Below, one piece after another: positions 10,009 to 19,099 of a stretch of 64,000 nucleotides of DNA. A program made the translations under genes and the position numbers. Within the stretch, counting starts at the first letter, position 1. Every line of letters begins with the position of its first letter. The notes beneath the pieces are model-generated. The model saw only the letters and a list, made by a program, of their open reading frames with translations. It was not told where the DNA came from and searched no databases. Source of the DNA: an uncultured Acidobacteriota bacterium (GTDB lineage: Bacteria; Acidobacteriota; Terriglobia; UBA7540); contig CAWDSK010000001.1 of assembly GCA_963804995.1 (NCBI GenBank), positions 608,001 to 672,000 of the forward strand, given 5' to 3'.

Positions 10009-10012
10009 GCTT

Positions 10013-11626
10013 TCACGCCGCGGCGCCGATGTTTACCGGCGGCTCCTCCGGCAGGAGGACGGTGAACCGCGTCCCCTTCTGCGCCGTAGAAGCCACCTCG
10101 ATGTTTCCTCCGTGCTGCTGGATGATGCCCAGGGCAATAGCCAGGCCCAGACCCGTCCCTTGGCCTTCTTCCTTGGTCGTGAAAAAAGGCTCGAAGATGT
10201 GCGAAAGGACCTCCGGGGGAATGCCCGGCCCTTCATCGCTTACCACGACCGAGCCCAAGCGTCGCCCCGGGTCGAAGGTGCTTTCGATAACCAGCCGCCC
10301 GCCCTGCGGCATGGCCTCGATCCCGTTCATCAGGATTGCCAATAACGCTTGCTGAACTTGTCCCGAGTCGAAATAGAGGGCCGGCAGGTCGGCTGCGAGT
10401 CTCTTCTCCAACTCGATGTTCTGCAAAGTCATTTGATGTCCTACCAAAAGTAGACAGCGTTCGATGATGGCATTCAGATCGTTCTTCTGCGGATTAATGG
10501 GATTCTGCCGGGCGAAGGTGAGCAGGTTTTTGACGATACTGCCGCAGCGCCGGCTCTCTCCCTCGATGATATGCAAGTAGCTTTTGGCCTCGCCCAGACG
10601 TTGGTCGTTGCTGAAGCCCTTGTCGGCCATGCGCGAAATCAGCTTGCTGTAAGTCAGGATGCCGGCCAGGGGATTATTGATCTCGTGTGCGACCACTGCT
10701 GCCAACTTCCCGAGTGACGCCATCTTCTCCGACTGGGTCAGGCTGCGATAGGCGCGCTCGAGCTCCTCCGTCTTCCGGCGCACCCGGTCCTCGAGCGTCT
10801 GAGTCCACTGCCGGTTTTCCGCCTGTGCCTTCTTCAGTTCTTGCGTCATTTGGTTAAAGGAAACGGCCAGGCTACCGATCTCGTCCTGGCTTGTTTCCGG
10901 CAGAAGATAATCCAGGTCGCCCTGTGCCACCGCGCGGGTGCCTTCCGTCAGCCGGCGTACGGGTTTATGAACCGTGAACCAGATCAGCCAGGCTGAGAAC
11001 AGGCTCACCATCAGGATGGAGGCGATGGTAAAGACCACCAACCGCCGCTGGTGCTGGGCCACGGCAAGGTCAGCGGCGGCCAGCGAGAGGTTTGTGTCAA
11101 GCACGCCCAGTACCTGGCTGCTGTCGGTGTGCGCGTGGCAAGCGGCGTTCGAGCAATCCGCCTCATTTTCGATGGGCCGGATCAGCCCCAGCACGCGGGT
11201 GCCATCCTGCGCGGTGTAGATGCGCATCCTGTCCGGCCGGTCGAGCCGGGCCAGCGGCTGCGCCTGCGCGTGACAGGCGTAACAGGCTTCCGCTTTCTTA
11301 TCCACAAACTTGCCCACCTCTTTCGCGTCCGTGGAAAAGCTGATTTGCCCTTCCTTATTAAAAATGCGGATGCGGCTGATGCCGTTCTCGTGCCCGATGG
11401 TGTTGATGATGTGGAACACGTCCTCGCGCTGGTTGCGCAACATCGAGTAGCGAATGCTGCGGCGGATAGTGTCACTGATGCGGTCGGCGCTCTGGAAGAT
11501 AATCTCCTGCTGTGATTTCCGCCAGGTGCGCAGGTTCCAGTACCCGTAAAGGCCAAAGAGAAGCGCCACCCCGCCCACCGCGCAGGCCGTCAGCTTGATC
11601 GCCAGACTGTGAGTTACACTAGTCAT
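10013..11626 (-). CDS. HAMP-domain sensor histidine kinase with periplasmic heme-c-type motifs
   Basis: Two TM segments, CYACH and CSNAACH in the periplasmic loop, AHEINNPL H-box, HATPase. Confidence 0.92.
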   Translation of the reverse strand: MTSVTHSLAIKLTACAVGGVALLFGLYGYWNLRTWRKSQQEIIFQSADRISDTIRRSIRYSMLRNQREDVFHIINTIGHENGISRIRIFNKEGQISFSTDAKEVGKFVDKKAEACYACHAQAQPLARLDRPDRMRIYTAQDGTRVLGLIRPIENEADCSNAACHAHTDSSQVLGVLDTNLSLAAADLAVAQHQRRLVVFTIASILMVSLFSAWLIWFTVHKPVRRLTEGTRAVAQGDLDYLLPETSQDEIGSLAVSFNQMTQELKKAQAENRQWTQTLEDRVRRKTEELERAYRSLTQSEKMASLGKLAAVVAHEINNPLAGILTYSKLISRMADKGFSNDQRLGEAKSYLHIIEGESRRCGSIVKNLLTFARQNPINPQKNDLNAIIERCLLLVGHQMTLQNIELEKRLAADLPALYFDSGQVQQALLAILMNGIEAMPQGGRLVIESTFDPGRRLGSVVVSDEGPGIPPEVLSHIFEPFFTTKEEGQGTGLGLAIALGIIQQHGGNIEVASTAQKGTRFTVLLPEEPPVNIGAAA

Positions 11627-11866
11627 TCAGATCCCTCGGCACACGGGATACGGGACACGGTATACGGGACATGGGAAACGGGATGTGGGGCTCAGGTTAC
11701 CGAGCATGTGACTCTCAATTTGGAATTGTGGACCCATCACTCTCCGGATCTGAGAAGTCAGGCCGTATCGCTCCGTATCTGGTAATCGCGAAGTTAATCT
11801 GTAAAGATCCGTAGTAAGGGCAATTGCCTTCTTCCAAACATCGAGCTCTTTGTTGTCGTGAACCAC
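11627..11866 (-). pseudogene. Truncated second four-helix-bundle gene
   Basis: MVHDNKELDVWKKAIALTTDLYRLTSRLPDTERYGLTSQIRR matches 9591-9962, then diverges into heptamer repeats. Confidence 0.82.
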
Positions 11867-11962
11867 AATTCCCCTCAGCTCCGGGCTGCAAGTTCCGTGT
11901 CCCGTATCCCGTTTCCCGTACCCCGTATCCCGTATCCCGTCTCCCGTGCCCCGTGTCCCGTG
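11641..11962. repeat. Inverted heptamer arrays (11641-11690 and 11896-11962) flanking the truncated four-helix-bundle gene
   Basis: acgggat acgggac acggtat acgggac... on the left; cgtgtcc cgtatcc cgtttcc cgtaccc cgtatcc cgtatcc cgtctcc... on the right. Confidence 0.82.
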
Positions 11963-13074
11963 CTTGGCTCCATCACATTCAGGTAGCGGACCGCCAAACT
12001 GAACAGCAGGAACCCCACGCCCACGATCGACAGCGTTACCGCCACCTCCGTCCAGCGGGGGAAGTAGTGCACGCCGGAAGAAGCCGCCAAGCCTGTAATC
12101 GAGACGTTCAAGCGGTTCAGAATGAAGCCTGTGATCACCAGCACCGCGACGGCGAAAAGGCTCTCGCGATTTTCACGAACCTTGCGGAAAAGAAGCATCG
12201 GCAAGGGAATGAGCACGCCCAGCGTAACTTCTAAGAGGAAGAGGACCGTCTCGGTGGAAGGTTCGCGCAGGTGAGAGAGCGCCCCGCGCCCCCAGAGGTC
12301 CTGAAATTTCAACAGGCCGTAAATCGCCAGCACCACGGCCATCGCCCGACCCAACACTTCGAGCAAGGGCATCTCAATCTCCCGGCCAAAGGCGCGTGAA
12401 CTCAGGTTGGATTCAAATATCACCATCGCCATTCCCACGCCCACCGCGGAAATGAAAAAGAACACGGGGAGCAGGGGCGAATACCAATAGGGATGCAGCT
12501 TGGTGGGCACGATCAGGAACAGGCTGCCCAGCGACAACTGGTGCAAAGTCGAGAGCATCACGCCGGCAATCACCAGCGGAATCGTCGCGGCTTTAACCAG
12601 GCGCAGTGGGGTGTGCAGGTGAAAGCGTTCCAGAACCGCGGGAGAGAATTCCAGCGCCAGCACCGTGAGGTAAAGCATCACGCACCAGGCAACCTCAAAC
12701 ATCACGGAGTGCGGATTCCACATCACCAGGGGATGCCAGATGTTGTAAGGCTTGCCCAGGTCGAAGAGCAGTGCCACGGCCACCAGGGCGTAACCCAGAA
12801 ATGCGGTGAGAATCGAAGGGCGAAGCACAGCGTGGAAGCGCTCGATGTGGAAGACGTAAACGATCGCCGCCAGGGTGAAGCCGCCTGCCGCCAAGCCCAC
12901 GCCGCAAAGCACGTCGAAACCAATCCAGATCCCCCAAGGAAACTGATCCGACAGGTTCGTGGCGGCGCCCAACCCTTTGACGAAGCGCAGCACTGCGGAA
13001 TAGAAACCCGCAGCCAGGATTAGAACGAGGACTATCCGCCAGAAAGTGAGCTTAGGAAATTTTGAGAAGGTCAT
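11875..13074 (-). CDS. NrfD/PsrC-family membrane subunit (HybB/HmcC-like); probable start MTFSKFPK at 13074
   Basis: TNLSDQFPWGIWIGFDVLCGVGLAAGGF, DLGKP, SVMFEVAWC, LSTLHQLSLG; about 10 TM segments. Confidence 0.88.
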   Translation of the reverse strand: MTFSKFPKLTFWRIVLVLILAAGFYSAVLRFVKGLGAATNLSDQFPWGIWIGFDVLCGVGLAAGGFTLAAIVYVFHIERFHAVLRPSILTAFLGYALVAVALLFDLGKPYNIWHPLVMWNPHSVMFEVAWCVMLYLTVLALEFSPAVLERFHLHTPLRLVKAATIPLVIAGVMLSTLHQLSLGSLFLIVPTKLHPYWYSPLLPVFFFISAVGVGMAMVIFESNLSSRAFGREIEMPLLEVLGRAMAVVLAIYGLLKFQDLWGRGALSHLREPSTETVLFLLEVTLGVLIPLPMLLFRKVRENRESLFAVAVLVITGFILNRLNVSITGLAASSGVHYFPRWTEVAVTLSIVGVGFLLFSLAVRYLNVMEPSTGHGARETGYGIRGTGNGIRDTELAARS

Positions 13075-13253
13075 AATCAAACCCCGTAAATGCTGTCCGT
13101 TGTCAGTGGTCCGTGGTCCGTTGTCCAGCCGCCACTCGATCCATTCTCCATCGTAGGGGGCCGGGTGGTTGCCAGGAACCCCTGGAGACTGCCCCCACCG
13201 TCGAACCTTTAGCAACGGACAACGGACCACGGGCGACTGACGACTGTTCCCTG

Positions 13254-14075
13254 TCACCTGTTCCCTGTCACCTGCTCTTCCGCCTTCGCCACCTCTTCGC
13301 GGCGGTTGGTAATCCACCAGATCCCGCCCAGAAGCACCCCACCCAGGGTGACAAGGCTGGGGATCTTGGAGAGCACCCGATAGGTCAACATCGGCATGGG
13401 GTCTGTGGGCAGGTTGGCGGGCAAGCCCAGTTGCTCAAAAGGCACCGCCGAGAGATAGAGCACCGAGGTGCCCCCCACTTCATCCTTGCCGTAAATGTGC
13501 TGGAAGTATTTCGACGGCTCTTCGCGCAAACGCTTCTCGGCCTCTTTCAGCAGATCGTTGCGCTCGCCAAAAATGCCGGCCTGCACCGGGCAGACCTCTG
13601 TGCAGGCGGGCTGCTGGCCTTTTGCCTGTCGAGGCGCGCACTGGGTGCACTTCCTCACCTTGGGCAGGAGGGCTTTCCATTCATAGCGGGGAATGCTGAA
13701 CGGGCAGGCCATCATGCAGTACCGGCAGCCCATGCACTTGTCCGCGTCGTAAACTACCGGTCCTGCAGCCGTCTTGTGCAGCGCGCCTACGGGACAAACT
13801 GACGCGCAAGTAGGTTCCTGGCAATGCATGCAGAATCGCCGCACGAAAATACTGCCATGCGTCTGGACCACGTTGAGCGTGTCTGCGGACAATTTGCCGT
13901 CCACCTCGCCGTGGCTTTGGGCGAAGGTAACAAGGGCCTCCTCGGTCAAGGGCCCTGCTGGAAGGTCCTTAGCACCGGACTCGTCGAGGGGAAGATAGTT
14001 CACGATCTTACAGGCGGTAGCGCAGGCTCCACATCCGATGCATTTGGTGGTATCGACGAGAATGGATTTGCTCAT
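13254..14075 (-). CDS. 4Fe-4S dicluster protein (HybA/HmcB-like) with C-terminal TM helix
   Basis: CIGCGACATAC, CMHCQEPTCASVCP, CMGCRYCMMACP, CTQC...PACTEVCP, IYGKDEVGGT. Confidence 0.9.
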   Translation of the reverse strand: MSKSILVDTTKCIGCGACATACKIVNYLPLDESGAKDLPAGPLTEEALVTFAQSHGEVDGKLSADTLNVVQTHGSIFVRRFCMHCQEPTCASVCPVGALHKTAAGPVVYDADKCMGCRYCMMACPFSIPRYEWKALLPKVRKCTQCAPRQAKGQQPACTEVCPVQAGIFGERNDLLKEAEKRLREEPSKYFQHIYGKDEVGGTSVLYLSAVPFEQLGLPANLPTDPMPMLTYRVLSKIPSLVTLGGVLLGGIWWITNRREEVAKAEEQVTGNR

Positions 14076-14148
14076 TTTTTAAACATCTCCGTAGAGCGAC
14101 AGATTGGACATTCTGCCTGTGACAAAAGTCCGACCCATTAAATGTATA

Positions 14149-14164
14149 AGCACGCCATATGCCG
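14149..14164 (-). promoter_or_regulatory. Putative sigma-54 promoter for the hybA-like operon
   Basis: Minus strand CGGCATATGGCGTGCT fits GG-N10-GC, about 75 bp upstream of the start. Confidence 0.55.
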
Positions 14165-14509
14165 AGAAATTCAGCAGTTGAGGCTCACAATAGGCCTTAT
14201 TGTCCGAGATACCTGCAGCTCAATTGCAACCAGATTCCACTGCTGTGAAATTACGCAATCGAGACCGTTCTGTGATTGGGAAAATTCGGGGGGGTGGTGC
14301 GAGCAGAGCTTGCAGATTATTCTTCCCCTTGGCGCCTGGTCCATGGGTCGGATCTTGGACGAGGAGAGAAATCACGCAATGGGTGCAGGTCTTTTAATGG
14401 GAGTCACCCGATATTAGCAGTTACAAGGTTTTGTTAAGAGTGGTGGGCTATCCACTATGCGAAACCGCTCCTACGATGCCAAGAATAATGACATGCTTCT
14501 CAATCGCCA

Positions 14510-15202
14510 TTACGGCTGGTGAAGGAAATTCGCCTCGAAAGCGCTCCAGGCCGTCGGGCCAAGTTCACTGAGGCAACCGACCGCAGGAAGTCCACCATCC
14601 TGACTTGTGACACCGAGGGCTAGGTCTGGCGAGACTTGCGTGAAGATGAACTCGCGAAAGCGCGCAAATTCGTTCTCGAGCCACATCACGGCTTGCTCAC
14701 CGAAGCGTACGTTCGGGGAGGTCTCCTCCACGCGGGTGGGGTTAAGGTAACAGATCCAGCCGCTTCCATAGGGGTCGGAGCTCACGAGCTCCGGTTGATT
14801 TACGAGGCGGCTGTTAACGGCCATCACCCGACCGGTCATGGCCGATGAAATGGTGACAGCGTGGCCATTGCGCTCCAGGCGAAAGAGGGGCTGACCGGCA
14901 CTCACCTGGTCGCCCACTTTGGGCAGAACAATCCGGCGGACCGCGCCAACCGCGCGCACAAGCAAAGCGTCAGCGCCCATTTCCAACCCGCCCGTAGGAT
15001 CGGGTCGGAGCCAGGTATGCTGGCTGGCGAGGTGAACGCCTTCCGGCACTTGGCACAACGCCTCAAGCTCATACGCCCTAGCCTGGGCTCCGGGACTCCT
15101 CGCCAGCGCCTGGTGTGCCACCCGCCACGCCTGCCACTTCACGATTCCCAAGTCCGTCAGAACCAGGCAAACAAACATCAGAGCCACAAAAATCGCGACC
15201 AT
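14510..15202 (-). CDS. Glycine cleavage H-like protein with N-terminal TM helix, no lipoyl lysine
   Basis: HLASQHTWL...MGAD...LPKVGDQV...SAMTGRVMAVN...SDPYGSGWI; GGAGG RBS before MVAIF. Confidence 0.82.
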   Translation of the reverse strand: MVAIFVALMFVCLVLTDLGIVKWQAWRVAHQALARSPGAQARAYELEALCQVPEGVHLASQHTWLRPDPTGGLEMGADALLVRAVGAVRRIVLPKVGDQVSAGQPLFRLERNGHAVTISSAMTGRVMAVNSRLVNQPELVSSDPYGSGWICYLNPTRVEETSPNVRFGEQAVMWLENEFARFREFIFTQVSPDLALGVTSQDGGLPAVGCLSELGPTAWSAFEANFLHQP

Positions 15203-15261
15203 AATCATCCTCCAGAGACATTTCAAGCGGGGCTCGTCCGAGCCACGTACCGAGCGTGACC

Positions 15262-15939
15262 TTAGCCGAGCAGCATTTCTTCTACGAACTTCTCCCACTG
15301 GAATTCAGGGACCAGACTTAGCACGTCCCCAATGGCGTGACCGCCGTCTTGCAGGCGAGCCTCCGAACCTGGACTAATGCGCGTGTGGAGATCGGCGACG
15401 GATTCCTCCATCCAGCGCTGTGCCACCCTCCCGTGCAACAGGTTTTTCAGATTGCCTTCCGCCGCCGGCGCGTTCACCGCCACCAGCCAACCGACGCCGT
15501 AAGGGTCCTGATGAGCGAGCGCGGGATTGCGCAGGACTTCCGGGTTTACGTCCACCACTTCGCCCTCGATGGGCGAGAGCATTTGAAAGCGATGACTGCC
15601 CCGGCCAAGCGTCCATCCCTTTTCGCCCTGACGCAGCCAGTGGCCGCGCGCGGGCAAATCGATTTGATCAATCTGGCCCACCAGCCGCGCCGCGAAATCA
15701 TCCAACCCGATGCGCACCACCTGGCGCGATTCTCTCATCGCCCAAGCGTGCCCGGGATGATAGGAAAGATGGGCGGGGACCTTGAAACCTCCCACGACGT
15801 TCATCGAAAAGGCCAGCTCTTCGCCCCGCACTTCCTCAGCCGCATTCTTTACTTCCATCTGCTGCGGCCGGCGCCTTTGGAGGTAGTAATCCACCGTGAC
15901 GAAGACTATGAATGTTGCGAGCATCAATCCAACAACCAT
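15262..15939 (-). CDS. Glycine cleavage H-like protein with N-terminal TM helix, no lipoyl lysine
   Basis: YHPGHAWA...RIGLDDFAARLVG...LSPIEGEVVDVN...DPYGVGWL. Confidence 0.85.
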   Translation of the reverse strand: MVVGLMLATFIVFVTVDYYLQRRRPQQMEVKNAAEEVRGEELAFSMNVVGGFKVPAHLSYHPGHAWAMRESRQVVRIGLDDFAARLVGQIDQIDLPARGHWLRQGEKGWTLGRGSHRFQMLSPIEGEVVDVNPEVLRNPALAHQDPYGVGWLVAVNAPAAEGNLKNLLHGRVAQRWMEESVADLHTRISPGSEARLQDGGHAIGDVLSLVPEFQWEKFVEEMLLG

Positions 15940-16005
15940 TTAGCACCTCAGGGGGTTCTGCTCCCTTGCTACGGAGCGAAGCACCCGAATCTCACGATGG
16001 ATAAT

Positions 16006-16021
16006 TGCAGACCACTGGCCA
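16006..16021 (-). promoter_or_regulatory. Putative sigma-54 promoter for the GcvH-like genes
   Basis: Minus strand TGGCCAGTGGTCTGCA fits TGGC-N9-GCA. Confidence 0.65.
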
Positions 16022-16448
16022 AAGGCAGCAGCTTTACAATAGTGAATAGTCCACCAATCCCCCCTAAAATGCAGCAGATAGAGCATCTCAGGAATTTAAT
16101 TGGAAATGGACATATTTGCTGAAAACTAGCCTAGTTGTTGCGGTTTTCAATAGCGGCACTTCGACGGAAGGTCGCATACTGTCGGAACAGTCTTTGTTTT
16201 CATGTTGATATAGGGCTGTTGTCTTGCACAACATAGGCCGGTGAATAGTTCAACAGGTATAGGACTCCCTTCGCTTGTAAGAAGCCCGCCTCATACGCTC
16301 GAATTATTAATGACGCTTTGAAAATTCACTTTTCCATCAGAGAGGCACATAGGTACAGTGTAACGCAATTCTCAGCGCCTCCGCGCCTCTGCGGTGAGTG
16401 GGATATCTCAGGGCATTGTTTCACAGCTTCTGAGGCAACGAGTTCCAT

Positions 16449-17516
16449 TTATCGGCCGCCTGCGGGTCCGGCGGCCTCCGGCTTGAGGTTCAACATGATC
16501 TGAAACCACCAATTGGGCTGGTAGTTGATCTGGACGGGAGCGCCGCGCAGGTTGCCGGTTGTTCCCAGCAGGATTTCGAAATCGGTTTTTTCTCCCGTGG
16601 TGTGGTTGGCGATCTGGAAACGTGCTTCGCGGAGATTGTGGTAGGTACGATCGACCTTCTGCTTGGTGTCGTTGAGGGTGAAATGAACCGTCTTCTCCAT
16701 CACGGGCCGAGTGCTCTCGAGTGTCACGGCATAGAGCCTGGAGTTGTAGATGTAGCACAGCGAAATCGGGGCGGCCTTTCCCTCCGAAGCGTCGCTGGTC
16801 AGTTCCTGGACCGTTGAAAGGAAGCCGCCCTGCCGGTTGCAGCCCATCGCCGCTCCTTCCAGGGCATGAAACTGACGTTCTTGCCCGTCCTTCAAGCGGT
16901 CGAGGGTCAGTTTCTCAGCGGGCTGCAATTCGCGGAAGTCGAAATCGTGGTCCGAGTAAAACGGCACGGTGGTGGACACGGCGCGGCCGGGATCCACTCG
17001 GCTGATGATGGCTTCGAAGCGGTGCTGGCCTGCCTTGTTTTCGTTCGAAAGCTCCTGACGCATGGCGCCCACGGATTCTCCCTTGGACAACTTCATGAAT
17101 CCCAGGAAAGCGCTCGACCCTGCTGCACCGGCCGCGTTGTGCTTGACCACCTCCGTTCCCGCGCCCCAGCGATTGATGCTGTGAGCCCGGGCGGGATCGG
17201 AACCGAAGAGGAGGTGAATGACCTCCAGTTTCGGATCGTCAGCGGCCTCGCCAACTTTGACGTAGCCGCCTCCCACGTCATCTTTCGAAATCCAGAAGAA
17301 AAGTAAACGGATCTGGACTGTCATCTCAAAATTGTATTGGGCGTCAAAGCGAGGTGGTGCGCTAAGCCAGTGCAGCGCTTCGGTAATAGCCGGAGCGTCG
17401 CCCGGTCGGTTGGCATCCGCCGGCCTGTTGGCATCCGAAGCAACGGCCACGGCGCTCAAGGCTATCGCAAAGATTGTCAAAAGAGAGGCCCCAATGGCCC
17501 GGCCTGGTTTCAGCAT
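16449..17516 (-). CDS. Hypothetical secreted protein
   Basis: Long ORF with signal-peptide-like N-terminus; no recognised domain. Confidence 0.65.
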   Translation of the reverse strand: MLKPGRAIGASLLTIFAIALSAVAVASDANRPADANRPGDAPAITEALHWLSAPPRFDAQYNFEMTVQIRLLFFWISKDDVGGGYVKVGEAADDPKLEVIHLLFGSDPARAHSINRWGAGTEVVKHNAAGAAGSSAFLGFMKLSKGESVGAMRQELSNENKAGQHRFEAIISRVDPGRAVSTTVPFYSDHDFDFRELQPAEKLTLDRLKDGQERQFHALEGAAMGCNRQGGFLSTVQELTSDASEGKAAPISLCYIYNSRLYAVTLESTRPVMEKTVHFTLNDTKQKVDRTYHNLREARFQIANHTTGEKTDFEILLGTTGNLRGAPVQINYQPNWWFQIMLNLKPEAAGPAGGR

Positions 17517-17752
17517 CAAGCAACCCCCAAAGTCCAAGATAGCGCAAGATTATGAATCTGCAAATAAGGAAGAGTCAATTGATGGTGAAGCTTCTTGGGG
17601 CGCTGGAACGGCAAGAAGCTCACCTCCTGATTCAGGAGGGGTGGCGCGGAAGCGACGGGGTGGTTACGGCAGGCTCTCGTAGCGGCGGGTTTACCCCGCC
17701 ATTTCCTCGGTGCTGTACTACTGCATGGCGCTGGAAAAGCAAAGCCAAGATT

Positions 17753-17826
17753 CACCACAGAGCTCACAGAGGCCACAGAGAAGAGATCCCCAGTCTGTCT
17801 CTGTGTTCTCCGTGTCCTCTGTGGTG
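17753..17826. repeat. Inverted nonamer repeat hairpin
   Basis: caccacagag ctcacagag gccacagag ... ctctgtgtt ctccgtgtc ctctgtggtg. Confidence 0.75.
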
Positions 17827-17838
17827 AATGGCTCTTCG

Positions 17839-17949
17839 GACGGCTACCGCGTCACCTACTTGCCGGTTGACCGCGAGGGCCTATTGAATTTGGCCGACCT
17901 GGAAGTTGCCATCACGAATGAGACCGCCGGGGTGGTGTTGACAAGATAG
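17839..17949 (+). pseudogene. Internal fragment of an IscS/NifS-like cysteine desulfurase
   Basis: DGYRVTYLPVDREGLLNLADLEVAITNETAGVV. Confidence 0.6.
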
Positions 17950-18424
17950 AGCCGAGGTGCTGATCTTGGCGTCACGCCACCGGAAATAGCTTGCGACTTG
18001 CGTACGATGCAGGAGTTAAGCGAATTGGCCCTGACCCACACCGTTTTTCGCAGGTAGTCACCGATAACAGATTCTGTAATCCTGCGCGGGCATGGGGCAC
18101 TTCTGCGGGTAGGGCGTTACACGACCAAGTGGATTTCCTACAGGCGCGGCGTGATGCAGGCGCAGTCGTTACTGAAACAACATATGCAGTTGTCTGACTT
18201 CGTACCCAGCTGATCGCATTTGCCGCGACGGCCCATGACGCGGTCTTCGTGAATGAGGCTGGAGGTCGAGCTGGCGATTCGGAGGTTGTGTGCAGTCAGC
18301 GCGACCGGAGCTAGGAGTGTGTCGGAAATAATAATTCGTCAACGAAGAATCAACAACTTACAGACACTCGAATCTCGCTAAGTTATTAATTCTACGTACA
18401 ACGAAATCTATCTCCGACGGGCTC

Positions 18425-19099
18425 CTAGGTACCCGGCACGTTAGGCGGAAGGAAATCGAGCAGCAGATGGAATATCTCAATTTGACCCAAGGTGATAGGC
18501 TCCCTACCGTGGCGTGACATCTGGAGTGGCCCAAGATCCTGAAGGCCATCTGCCTCAGCCAACCTCGTGCCCAGTGCCACCCTCAACACCTCGGTTCTCT
18601 CCGCAAAACCAGTTCTTAATCGGCCTAACCATTCCAAGGCTGTATCCGTTTGCACATATCCAAGCATTCCGCCAACAGCCTCCTTGGCGGCGTACCGGCC
18701 GACAATGAAACAGCCCAAACCGTCCTCTCCGAAGTACTTTTCAACTGAGTTCGGCCGGTACAGCCGCTTGGCTTCGATGTGAAATCGAGGCCTTTTGCCC
18801 TGGCCCGAGAGGCGCACGAATTCAATGTCCACCCGAGGGCGGCTGCGGCCCAGCTTGCCCGATACATTTTGGGGAGGATCGTCATGTACGTCGAAGAGTT
18901 GCATCCAAGCTTCAGCGTCCTCACTCTCTATTACCTCTCGCACGCCGCGAACGAGTTCGCCCGTAATGCTGGTCTCCTCCGCCTGGCTAAGGTCCGCAGT
19001 CTTGATCAGTTCATAGCCGCGCAGAACCAAAATGTGGCAATTTCGAATGAACGCCAAGCGATACAGGATGGCGCGATCTGGGTGCGGGTCCAAGGGCAT
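18425..19099 (-). CDS. Hypothetical protein with PD-(D/E)XK-like motif, coupled to the methylase
   Basis: RVDIEF...FHIEAKRL; its start overlaps the stop of the upstream ORF. Confidence 0.65.
   Translation of the reverse strand: MPLDPHPDRAILYRLAFIRNCHILVLRGYELIKTADLSQAEETSITGELVRGVREVIESEDAEAWMQLFDVHDDPPQNVSGKLGRSRPRVDIEFVRLSGQGKRPRFHIEAKRLYRPNSVEKYFGEDGLGCFIVGRYAAKEAVGGMLGYVQTDTALEWLGRLRTGFAERTEVLRVALGTRLAEADGLQDLGPLQMSRHGREPITLGQIEIFHLLLDFLPPNVPGT

Noticed and set aside
9591..11866. Diversity-generating retroelement suggested by the bAvd-like genes
   Set aside because: No reverse transcriptase and no TR/VR pair with adenine-specific differences in the window.
11875..14075. Hydrogenase-2 operon
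   Set aside because: No small or large hydrogenase subunits or maturation genes, so hyb symbols were not assigned.
14510..15939. Functional glycine cleavage system
   Set aside because: No lipoyl lysine, N-terminal TM helices present, and no gcvP, gcvT or lpd nearby.
17839..17949. DndA / phosphorothioate system beside the methylase
   Set aside because: Only a roughly 35-aa desulfurase fragment is present, with no dndBCDE or ssp genes.
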